A DNA stretch of 64,000 nt, taken from assembly GCA_032718475.1 (NCBI GenBank), contig JAUCBJ010007821.1, positions 62,001-126,000 of the forward strand. The letters are read 5' to 3'. A program made the position numbers and the translations under genes. Each line of letters begins with the position of its first letter. Position 1 is the stretch's first letter. Origin of the DNA: Nemertoderma westbladi (lineage: Eukaryota; Animalia; Xenacoelomorpha). The notes under the pieces were generated by a model. It was not told the origin of the DNA. It was given only the letters and a program-made list of their open reading frames with translations, and searched no databases. This document shows, piece after piece, positions 46,838 through 59,067 of the stretch.

Positions 46838-48154
46838 CATGGTTTCGAACTGATATTTATTGCGACTGCTGTAGATAGAGGATTTATTTATCATCAACAG
46901 GAGAGGTTTACATGAAAGGAAGATTTCTCTAGATACTGTTCGGCTGGTTGAGTTGCTGTCCTTGTCTAACTGCAGCGATTTATCTGTGTTACTTTCAATG
47001 CAGTCGGATATGACATTCTCCATTTCAGCTAATCTGGAGTTTGATAGCGGTATTGGGTAAAGCCTGCTTGCGAGCACTCTCAACTCTCTGTTGGATAGCA
47101 CCCCGGAGTCGTCTGTGTCGAGATTATCAAAAACTTGGCTAAAATCAAGTTCCACTTTGGCATCCATCAGATAGTTGAAGTAGGAGAAGGCAAATTGCAT
47201 ATCTTCATCGTGACGTAGTTTATGGGAAGCTGTTTTAAGGAATTCTTCATGAAAGATTTCATGTAATTCCTCTATAATTCGTTTATTGAGAAATAACGGC
47301 GTATGGGATATCGAATACCGGGTCTTGCGCCCAAACATTTTGTTATATAATTCATTCACATAAGTCAAAGTATTGACGTAATTGCCGAATGGCCTGTTGT
47401 TTTTTTTTCCAGGTGCGGCAAAATTCGTCTTGTAGATACGCGGTCCATTGGTGCGTGTGATAAAGTCTGAGGGCCAGATTGGCGCACCAAACATAACATC
47501 ATCATTGAGGTAGAGGAAGTTCTCGGAGAGACCTGGAATGCGATGAAGTTGAGACTCTATTGCGGGGGAACCGAAGGTGGGAAGATTCGACTTGTTAGCA
47601 AATATCTCATTGTGAGTTACTATGGTAACCCGGGGATTGCTAAGGTTCAACCAGTATGGGATTTGCCCATTGGTCACGATGTAAATGTGTCGAAGCCACG
47701 GGGCATACAGGTCAACAGAACGTAGGGAGTATCGCAACTCCTCGTTGTCATAAAAATGGTTGGTACTTGTACGACCCACGACCGATTGTTGACTCTTCAC
47801 CCTCATTTCCATGTTCATCTCCCATTCCAATTCCCTTTGGACTTTCTCCAATTCTACTAACATTTCAGGGTCTGAACCATTCACCCAGGTGTAGACTAAG
47901 TCTACAGGAAACAGTTTGTCAGGATGTAAGTCATTCATCCATGTGCTGTCTAAGACATCACGTAATTGCTTGGTGGGGTTTAATACCTTCTTCCAGGGAT
48001 GCAGATTCAGTGGTAAGGAATCATAAATATTATCATTGTGTTTGACTTCTGTCGTGAAATATACCACGAAAGGCAGAAGGAGTATGAAACCAGCTAGACA
48101 TATCTTCAAATGATGGGCCTGTCTCACTGATGAGCGCACACATCTAGGCAACAT
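46835..48154 (-). CDS. GNPTAB: N-acetylglucosamine-1-phosphotransferase alpha/beta-like (Stealth family), 5' exon
   Basis: N-terminal TM helix; CR1 [14 protein letters not shown]; CR2 [28 protein letters not shown]; CR3 SHTP; EF-hand [12 protein letters not shown]. Confidence 0.9.
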
Positions 48155-49109
48155 TGTAATGTTTAAGAAATCTAACTTTATTTAATTAATTCAATAACTC
48201 TTTACAATGTACATAAATATATATATATATTAATATACATATATATTTACATAAATAAACACGGATCATAAACCATGAACGGGAACAACTTTTCATACAA
48301 TTATGTACATATATGTAATTTACTGTAGTTTAAATTATGTCAACTTATCAGCTATCTGAACGCTTAATTAATCACTTTGTCAACTGGTCCCGGTCAACTG
48401 GCCCGGTCCATATATTGTCATAAAAAAGTTACAATATAGTAATTACATCGAGACACGAGAACCACCATAGATTAGATTTGAACTATAAATACAGCTACTA
48501 CTAGAAACTTTATCCAAATTCACATGGAAAACAAGAAAAATAAAAGTAAATTCCAAGACGGGATTGTCTAGTAGAGCTCATAACGGTTGGAAAACACTGA
48601 GCCGCATAAAAATAATGAGGGTAAGTTAAAGCTAAGTGTTGATAAGAGTTAAGAAAAGAGATTAAGCTAAGCTAGTGTAAGCTAGTAAGTTATAACAAGA
48701 AGTTTCTGGCGGCAATGTTTTGTACAAAATATTTATTTTTATTTTATTGCTAGAGGAAGTTAACGAGGTCTATTTACTACATGATATACTGTATTATTAT
48801 GCGCCATGATGAATTTTAAAAATATAATAAACACGGAGAGGAGAAAACGACAGCTATAATAACACCAACAGTAACGGCAGTGGACTAACTCAACTAATGG
48901 GGAGGGGAGGGGGGCTGGTTAGATAACATGTAAAATCAATCAGTTTCAAATATATGGCGCTTCAGGGATGACGAAAATTATGATTTGGAAGCTTTGTTTT
49001 TAATTTCACTGGTAACATTATGTTCAACGATACCCCCTGCTCTGTCACTCTACAATTCTGGGCAGGCATCGGAGAAAATGGTCCTAGTCATTGTCAATGG
49101 AATAAATAG

Positions 49110-50290
49110 CATTTTTATTAAATCGCATCATGGATCCCATTGAGAGACTGCTCCGTGGAAATCAGAATGGGTTCTGTAAAGGTCGTGGTACCATGGAGCC
49201 CATTTTGGCACTTAGAAGGATAATTGAAGAGTTATCAAAAAAGAAAGACTTTAGGCATCTGGGTGTTATCTTTGTTGACTTTTTCAAGGCCTTTGATTCA
49301 GTCTCTTGCTCACGTATGTTCAGCATACTTTCATTATATGGGATTCCTGATGAAATTATTGCAGCAATCAGATCAGTATACGATGGTTCGACAACATTTG
49401 TATCTACTGTTGATGATGGCACAGAACCATTTGAAGTATTATGGGGAGTCCTCCAAGGAGACACACTTGCGCCATTCTTGTTCATAATTGTGGTTGACTA
49501 TGTTCTACGCATGTCCTTAGATCATCATAATGATGATGGGGTGATGGTAATTCCACCTACTGGCTCTAGAAGTCGAGGAAATCCTGCCAAGTACCTAACT
49601 GATCTAGACTTTGCTGATGACTTAGGAGTTCTCTCAGAATCACTAGAGGGAGCCCAATGGCTCCTCAGCTCATTAGAACAGGCTGCTTCTAGTGTTGGTC
49701 TTTTTTATTAACTCCAAAAAGACCAAAATTGTGACAGTTAACTTTGAAAGTCCTCAGTAAGTCTCTGACCGGATGAGCATAAGCTCAAAGGATGGTATGC
49801 TTGAGCATGTAGACGACTTCTGTTATCTGGGATCATGGATCCGGAAGTCAGGTGAGGACCTTCGAATACTTAATTGAAAGGCATGTGCAGACTTGAATGG
49901 GCTTTCCATAATTTAGAAGTCACATAGAATTCATCGGAAACTTAAGGTCCGATTATTTAGAGCAGCAGTAGTTCGCTGGAACTACTGCTGGGCTCTAACT
50001 GCTGAGGACACCAAATCTCTGGATGGCACATTCACAAGAATGCTACGCCGGTTTCACTGTATCGTGTACAATGCACACATCTCCAACCAGACACTATATA
50101 ACATTGGAGGTGTCTTATTGGTTCCCCCAACTTGACAATAGAACAAAGCCGCCTCCGCTTTGCAGGACATTGCTTTCGCCGTGAGGACCAACCAGTGCAT
50201 AATCTTGTGCTTTGGCGGCCTCATGGAGTGAATAAGCATGGTGGACCGCCCATGACTTTCTTGAGACGCATCTTAAAGGACACTATGCCA
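49110..50290 (+). pseudogene. RTE-clade LINE RT remnant
   Basis: QNGFCKGRGT, FVDFFKAFDSV, GVLQGDTLAPFLF, LDFADD, DDFCYLGS; multiple stops and frameshifts. Confidence 0.85.
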
Positions 50291-50548
50291 ACCATTGTGT
50301 GACTGTATTCGCTTTAAATATGAAGCGAGTTTGAAAGATGTCGTTCGCGGCGAATACATATTAAAATCGAGTTATATTGGTGTTGTAAGGGTCTAAGCCA
50401 CGATTCTAAGTAAAACATATTCCTTTTATCATATGGCCATTTCGTGTATTAACACACGTCTTCAGTGATATAAATATATAATAAAATGTTTACATAATTT
50501 ACATATTAAAATAAGTACGTACGTGGTTAAATTGAATTGAATAATATA

Positions 50549-52249
50549 GGCTCATTCCATGCAAATGTCAACCCCAGTGCCAATTTTGAAATAAGTGAAT
50601 AATTTCTTCTCATATCAATTTTCAGAACCAATATATGATGCGGTTTACGAATTTAATACAAAAAATCGCATCAAAATTGGGTAACTTTCTGAAATCTGGT
50701 GTTATTCGCCCTTACCTCTCAAACTGAAAAAATACAGTTAACTGAGTGCATAATATGAGAACCGCGTTTTATGAGTATTTTTAGGAAGAAGGCAACGTAA
50801 TAGAGTACTTTTTGAAGCAAAACAATCATATTTTCTTATGAAATCATTTGCTGTCAATTAAAACAACGTTGTGTCTAAAAATTCAGTGCTCATAATCTGC
50901 TTACATCATAATGTCCCGCACTTTACGCTGAACACCATATTTTGTTTGTACAGGATAGACATATTACAATAGAATGATGATATGTCGTTTGCAAAGCACA
51001 AATATATGTATCTTTAATCTGGAGTACTTAGTTTGTTTTTGGTGTTTCGTGTTATGTGGTAAACAGGTGTCCCGCACTTTACGTAAAGTGCGGGACAAAA
51101 AGTAGAAATATCAAAGGAAGTAAAGTAATGTGTACTTAGATGGGAGAACTTCAACTGGAATAATCATAACAGACATTTTAACTTCATAGAAATCTCTGAT
51201 ATTAAGACACTATGAAAAAATGCATGAAGATCACATATATTTCAGTAAATAAAATATTCTCAAAATTGTAATTCCTCTATTTGTATTTGTATTAGTATTT
51301 CCAAACTCTGAATAATATTTGTAGGCCTGCCATTAACCTCTTCCTGGGTGGAGCATACTGCAAAGCTCCCGATATGATACGACCTAGACCGTACATGGTA
51401 CGCTACTACAGTATTTAGTAACGGTTTTTGGGTGCACTACAGTTTCCTTGTCTAATCTGGCTATCTAATCTGTATTACATTAGGCCTACAGCGCACTTAA
51501 ATGGTAATTTTACATAAGCCTAAAATAATATTGAACTGGCTGGAGGTAATAATACAGCAAGTAGGAGCCACGCTGTACTAGGGCTAGGCTAAGGCTACAA
51601 ATAAATGATACAAACAAATTTGCTATCGTCGTGCCTACTCTTCTGTTTTACTTACAGTATTATGCACTATATGTTGACCTCTATTTGTTTTTCCACTCCA
51701 TTGGGGGGTATTCGTACATTGCCAGTAGTGGTGACAGAGCAATAATTTTGCGCCACTCTTTTTCATGCTGGGGCCGATTTTGAGAAAGGACAAGGAAAAT
51801 CTTTGTTTGAAACTTTGTTACGTTAGGTACATATCACAACATTGGAATGCTAAAGCCCGTACAGCCGTATGTTGGAGGCCTATTAATTATATCTATAATG
51901 TTGTGTTAGTTGCATTGTCATTCATTTTTAAGTTCAAATTATATGTGGCAATCTCACTGAAAAGTTTATAACTATCACTTATTTAGTCTGAATAATGTAA
52001 TAATTAACGATTTAATGTGTTTATAAATGATAAAATCGTACGCGTCCCGCACTTTACAATTTTTTGAAGCAATAATTCTGAGACATAAACTGCTGCCGGT
52101 TTTCCAAACTGCTTTTTTTTACTGAACCGATAATTGGTGTTTCTAAGAAACACAAGCATTATACTATTTTAGTTCATTTTCATGATGTACAGTGCTAAAG
52201 TATGCACAAAAAGTCGTACGAATGTCCCGCACTTTACATTGAATGAGCC
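50549..52249. mobile_element. Non-autonomous TIR element with GGCTCATTC termini
   Basis: GGCTCATTCCATG ... CATTGAATGAGCC; repeated internal GTCCCGCACTTTAC motif; right end duplicated at 55539-55750. Confidence 0.7.
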
Positions 52250-52254
52250 AGATT

Positions 52255-52492
52255 AAGATTCAGTGGGCAATGCTGGTGAAGTAAAGACGAGGTCATACCA
52301 GATCTACATTTCTGGCAACCAACTCATGGAAAGCCTAGTCGTGGACGACCGGCCATAACATATAGATCAACTTGAAAGGGATACTGAACTTGGGAGAAAC
52401 GAAATTGCGACAACTATGGAGAATCGGGAAGCCTGGAAGGATTTCATTTCCACTGTCCGATTTCGCTCGACCTACTGTAGTAGTAATAGTAG
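52255..52492 (+). mobile_element. 3' end of an RTE-type LINE with (TAG)n tail
   Basis: FWQPTHGKPSRGRP..MENREAW-like C-terminus followed by CTACTGTAGTAGTAATAGTAG. Confidence 0.6.
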
Positions 52493-53187
52493 ATCTTTAA
52501 GTGACCCCACTGAATTATTATTAATTCATTTCAAACATCTAATTTCTTTCTGTAAATCTAATTATTAATTGCAGATTGATGGTAAATCTAATCCCTTCTC
52601 TAAACCATCGCTGAGGCATGAAACTGCCAGATAACCCAGAATTATGTTTAATATACATTTATTGACGTCATGATATCAAACTTATTGAACTTAACATACT
52701 CAGAAATAAATTAGTTGTAGTTGTAGTTTTTAGGTATGTTTTTTTAATAAACCCGCCATTTTGACAGCTTCCTCCTGTTTTTACAAAATATAAACCCCGC
52801 CACTCGATTCAGGGCACCTTGCCCCCCCCCCCCCCCCCCCCCCCCTTCTTCAATTGTTTCTAGCCGAACAATTTTTTCGCGCACAAATCCTATTCCATCA
52901 ACATCAATCATTAATTCCTGGTTGTATCATAATATTATATTTCAAAAAACCGTTCCTCAATTGTAATTAACACAGCTACTTCAACTAAAAGTTAAAAATT
53001 CCCAAAGACTCTGTTAATGGCAAGATAGATCTCTGAAATCATAAAATTAAAATGAAAATTACAAAATTAAAATGCACACTTAATGGCGTACACCTATAAT
53101 ATAATTGATACTATAAGATATTATACGCCGACTATTGTAGATAACAAGAGATTAATTGCAGTATATTAAGCAAAGCTCGCCCTCAAC

Positions 53188-53235
53188 CAAGGCGTCCTTT
53201 AATAATTTAATATAATTGTATTAAAGGACGCCTTG
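53188..53235. mobile_element. 48-bp minimal hAT-like element
   Basis: 17-bp perfect TIR CAAGGCGTCCTTTAATA; 8-bp flanks CCCTCAAC and CCCACAAC. Confidence 0.6.
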
Positions 53236-54519
53236 CCCACAACCCATAGGTTTTAAAATTCTTTTAGGTTCTTAAAAGAACTTTAAATTTTTAAAGTTAT
53301 TTTAATTTAAGGTTTTCAAATTAATGTATCTTTTGATTTACCTCTAAATTAAATTTATTTCTTTCGATAAAGAACACATAAAGTTTATATTTTATAATTT
53401 GTGCCGTCTGGGAGCGGTGATCCTATACAGCCGTGTTCTGTAGACGCAGCCAGCCGGCAGCAGCAAGCATCCGTGATGGCAATAGCTGATCCTTCAGTCA
53501 GGTTTCTGACAACACTAAAATCATCAGGAACATATATGCTATGCTTCAATCGAACACAGATTCCACTTGCCCTTAAATATCAGTACCCTCAGTAACTACA
53601 AGCATTACCCCAAGTATGGCCACAAATAATATGCATACAGTTACATTCGCCATATTACTGGCTTTATTATTAGGTGCCATACGTTAGACGAACTGTCCCC
53701 TTTTGTCTCCTAGTACAGTATTATGCTGGGATTTCCAAGCTTGTAGTGTCTAATTTAATTGAATTCAATTTAAATTTAAATTATGATGTCTACTAATGTA
53801 GCCATGCTCCACAGAATGATTATATATCACTGTAGAGATATATAGTGATATCACTAGTGTGTCTGATAACAATGTTGATGTATGAAACAGTATCAAGCAA
53901 ACAAACAAATATGGATTTCACCGCATGAGATATTTTACAAGCTCACAGCTCAGTAACTCATACCGTAACAGTAACACAAGGGATTATATTCAATGGAATT
54001 TTAGTACAAGCGACTGTATTATCGATTAATATAGAGATATATGCAACATATTGCATAATTTAGTTACTGCTAATTTAGAATTCATTTGTTACGTCCAAAA
54101 TATGATAATAATATTTAAGTTTAAGATAAGAAAGGTGTTCTGTTAGTATGGGCCATTTGGGGCCTACCAGATGAAAATAAGGGGGGTGGGGTGGTGGTAG
54201 ATGGGGGCACTAAAGATGTTAGCGGGTAAAAATAAACTGTGAGACATCAATCGGTAAAAACGAATCAGAGACGAAAAAATAATACAAAATCTACGTATTT
54301 TCAGCCTTGGCGGCAATGATCGAATCCCTATCGAATCCCTAAATCCCGATACCTCTAGACAGCTAGACTACCAGACTACTCGACAGCCAGAAAAAGCTAT
54401 TAAATGATATTGCTGCAAAGACTATCTGGGAAGATATTGGGTGGAATAGCGAAATATGTGAATCTAATGATCTTAAGCGTCCAGAAGACAACGAGTTCCG
54501 TAGCTAGGAAGAAGCTTTT

Positions 54520-54630
54520 CAATATATTAGTAGATTTTAGTAAAGCTTTTGACCGAATTTCATGTGTTAAACTGTTAGCAAAACTACTTACACTGGGTTG
54601 CGGCAGCCATATGATAAATACGTATTATCT
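54520..54630 (+). pseudogene. Short LINE RT fragment
   Basis: LVDFSKAFDRIS..KLL.KL..LGCG. Confidence 0.55.
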
Positions 54631-55538
54631 CTAACTACAATCGGACTGCTGCATTGCAGCTGCACATGAGAAGCTATGCTGTCTTAAAAAAAATATTTTG
54701 ACACTACCATTCAATCGACAATTGGCAAACCCAATGCAGCATGCATTAAGAATGATATGCCAGCTTATCAACAAATTCGCACCGCCACAACTACCTATCC
54801 ACCATGGCTTTTGCGAGATTATCCGCCTCTTCAAGGCCAGTGTCCTTTAAAATGCGTCTCAAGAAAGTCATGGGCTGTCCACCATGCCTATTCACTCCAT
54901 GGGACTGCCAAAGCACAAGATTGTGCACAGGCTGGACCTCTCGGCGAAAGCAATGCCTTGCAAAGCGGATGCGGCTTTGTTCAAGTATCTGTACATTGTT
55001 ATGTATCATTGTATTGGTTATCGTATTGGTATACTTATGATATGTAATAAATTAATAAAGTAATGTGTAATGCTTGGGGGAACCAATGAGACACTTCCAA
55101 TGTTATATAGTGTCTGGTTGGAGATGTGTGCATTGTACTTTGTACGAACCATTGCATACTGATGTGATTGTGCAATGATTTCCTCAGGAATCATTGCACA
55201 ACTTATATTGATAGTAACAATGTGTTGGCAAGCTGTATTTTTCGAGGTGTTATTATTATACGTTTATTATATAGGAAGGGATCTAGGGGTCTTAACCTCG
55301 AATAATAAGTTTATTATCGTACGTGTCCCGCACTTTACAGTGAAATGTCCCACACTTTACATGACTTTGCTGCACTTAAACTACTCCCCTGTTTCATTGA
55401 TGTTACTTACCATCTTACTAAAGGCTAACTTATTTTCCCTACATATCTAGGAACATCACGGAACAAAAGTTTTCCCACTAACTTTACCCAATTCGCTGAA
55501 CTTTAGCAATGAATTTGACAGTTGAGAATTTCACTTTC

Positions 55539-55750
55539 GTACGCGTCCCGCACTTTACAATTTTTTGAAGCAATAATTCTGAGACATAAACTGCTGCCGG
55601 TTTTCCAAACTGCTTTTTTTTACTGAACCGTTAATTGGTTTTTCTAAGAAACACAAGCATTATACTATTTTAGTTCATTTTCATGATGTACAGTGCTAAA
55701 GTATGCACAAAAAGTCGTACGAATGTCCCGCACTTTACATGGAATGAGCC
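55539..55750. mobile_element. Second copy of the right end of the GGCTCATTC element
   Basis: Near-identical to 52038-52249, ending GGAATGAGCC|TA. Confidence 0.85.
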
Positions 55751-56139
55751 TATATTGTAAAAGATAATGAGCAGATAATCGATAAAATTCAAAAAAAATT
55801 TATGAATTTTATCGAGTATATTTAGTATTCCATGGTTTAACCCTTCTGCAATTATCCAGTCTGTCGCTGCAGGGTAAAATTGTTCTGGGGGAGATGATAT
55901 GTTTACATGTTATTTATAACCCTTTCGAGTTTATACTTAGTATAAAGTATTAGTTAAAGTTATCTCACGTGCTGCGCGAAGATCCCACTTCTTACTGAAA
56001 GTATCCCTGGTGGTAAATTAAGTAATATAATTTAACGGCAGAAAATTAAGTCAATTTTAACGAAAATTAGTATTTATTTATATTTTTGAATCTAAATAAA
56101 TAAATAAAGATCAAAACTAAATAAAGATTTGGTTGGCGC

Positions 56140-59065
56140 ACCAATTACAAACTTGTAACAAGTTAGGCACGGAATCGACTAATTACTAACTTGTAATAAG
56201 GTAGGCACGGGATCGACCAATTACAAACTTGTAACAGGTTAGGCACAGGATCGACTAATTACAAACTTGTAACAAGTTAGGCACGGGATCGGCCAATTGC
56301 TAACTTGTAACAACTTAGGCACGGGATCGACCAATTACAAACTTGTAACAGGTTAGGCACGGGATCGACTAATTACTAGCTTGTAACAAGTTAGGCACGG
56401 GATCGACTAATTACAAATTTGTAACAAGTTAGGAACGGGATCGACCAATTACAAACTTGTAACAACTTAGGCAAGGGATCGACCAATTACAAACTTGTAA
56501 CAACTTAGGCACGGGATCGGCCAATTACTAACTTGTAACAAGTTAGGCACGGGATCGACTAATTACTAGCTTGTAACAAGTTAGGCACGGGATCGACTAA
56601 TTACAAATTTGTAACAAGTTAGGAACGGGATCGACCAATTACAAACTTGTAACAACTTAGGCAAGGGATCGACCAATTACAAACTTGTAACAACTTAGGC
56701 ACGGGATCGGCCAATTACTAACTTGTAACAGGTTAGGCACGGGATCGGCCAATTACTAACTTGTAACAAGTTAGGCACGGGATCGACTAATTACAAACTT
56801 GTAACAAGTTAGGCATGGGATCGGCCAATTACTAACTTGTAACAAGTTAGGCATGGGATCGACTAATTACAAACTTGTAACAAGTTAGGAACGGGATCGA
56901 CCAATTACAAACTTGTAACAACTTAGGCACGGGATCGGCCAATTACTAACTTGTAACAAGTTAGGCACGGGATCGACTGATTACAAACTTGTAACAAGTT
57001 AGGAATGGGATCGACCAATTACAAACTTCTAACAAATTAGGCACGGGATCGACTAATTACAAACTTGTAACAAGTTAGGCACGAGATCGACCAATTACAA
57101 ACTTGTAATAAGTTAGGCACGGGATCGGTCAATTACTAACTTGTAAAACGTTAGGCACGGGATCGACTAATTATAAACTTGTAACAAGTTAGGGAAGGGA
57201 TCGACCAATTACAAACTTGTAACAAGTTAGGCACGGGATCGACCAATTACAAACTTGTAACAAGTTAGGCACGAGATCGACCAATTACAAACTTGTAACA
57301 AGTTAGGCACGGGATCGACTAATTACTAAGTTGTAACAAGTTAGGAACGGGATCGACCAATTACAAACTTGTAACAACTTAAGCACGGGATCGACCAATT
57401 ACAAACTTGTAATAAGTTAGGCACGGGATCGGCCAATTACTAACTTGTAAAATGTTAGGCACGGGATCGACTAATTACAAACTTGTAAAAAGTTAGGAAC
57501 GGGATCGACCAATTACAAACTTGTAACAAGTTAGGCACGGGATCGACCAATTACAAACTTGTAACAAGTTAGGCACGAGATCGACCAATTACAAACTTGT
57601 AACAAGTTAGGCACGGGATCGACTAATTACAAACTTGTAATAAGTTAGGAGCGGGATCGGCCAATTACTAACTTGTAAAAAGTTAGGCACGGGATCGACT
57701 AATTACAAACTTGTAACAAGTTAGGAACGCGATCGACCAATTACAAACTTGTAACAAGTTAGGCACGGGATCGACCAATTACAAACTTGTAACAAGTTAG
57801 GCACGAGATCGACCAATTACAAACTTGTAACAATTTAGGCACGGGATCGACTAATTACTAACTTGTAACAAGTTAGGAACAGGATCGACCAATTACAAAC
57901 TTGTAACAGCATAGGCACGGGATCGACCAATTACAAACTTGTAATAAGTTAGGCACGAGATCGACCAATTACAAACTTGTAATAAGTTAGGCACGGGTTC
58001 GGCCAATTACAAACTTGTAACAAGTTAGGCACGAGATCGACCAATTACAAACTTGTAACAAGTTAGGCACAGGATCGACTAATTACAAACTTGTAACAAG
58101 TTAGGAACGGGATCGACCAATTACAAACTTGTAACAAGTTAGGCACGGGATCGACCAATTACAAACTTGTAACAAGTTAGGCAAGAGATCGACCAATTAC
58201 AAACTTGTAACAAGTTAGGCACGGGATGGACTAATTACTAACTTGTAACAAGTTAGGAACGGGATCGACCAATTACAAACTTGTAACAACATAGGCAAGG
58301 GATCGACCAATTACAAACTTGTAATAAGTTAGGCACGAGATCGACCAATTACAAACTTGTAATAAGTTAGGCACGGGATCAGCCAATTACTAACTTGTAA
58401 AAAGTTAGGCACAGGATCGACTAATTACTAACTTGTAACAAGTTATGAACGGGATCGACCAATTACAAACTTGTAACAACTTAGGCACGGGATCGACCAA
58501 TTACAAACTTGTAACAGGTTAGGCACGGGATCGGCCAATTACTAACTTGTAACAAGTTAGACATGGGATCGACTAATTACAAACTTGTAACAAGTTAGGC
58601 ATGGGATCGGCCAATTACTAACTTGTAACAAGTTAGGCACGGGATCGACTAATTACAAAAGGCACGGGATCGACCAATTACAAACTTGTAACAAGTTAGG
58701 CACGGGATCGGCCAATTACTAACTGGTAACAAGTTAGGCACGAGATCGACTAATTACAAACTTGTAACAAGTTAGGCACGGGGTCGGCCAATTACTAACT
58801 TGTAACAAGTTAGGCACGGGATCGACTAATTACAAACTTGTAACAAGTTAGGAACAGGATCGACCATTTACAAACGTGTAACAAGTTAGGCACGGGATCA
58901 GCCAATTACTAACTTGTAACAAGTTAGGCACGGGATCGACTAATTACAAACTTGTAACAAGTTAGGAACGAGATCGACCAATTACAAACTTTTAACAAGT
59001 TAGGCACAGGATCGGCCCATTACTAACTTGAAACAAGTTAGGCACGGGATCAACTAATTACAACC
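56140..59065 (+). repeat. 38-bp satellite (family B), ~77 units
   Basis: Same unit as 18790-19955 but more homogeneous; a 190-bp (5-mer) block is duplicated (TACTAGC variant at 56371 and 56561). Confidence 0.97.
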
Positions 59066-59067
59066 AA

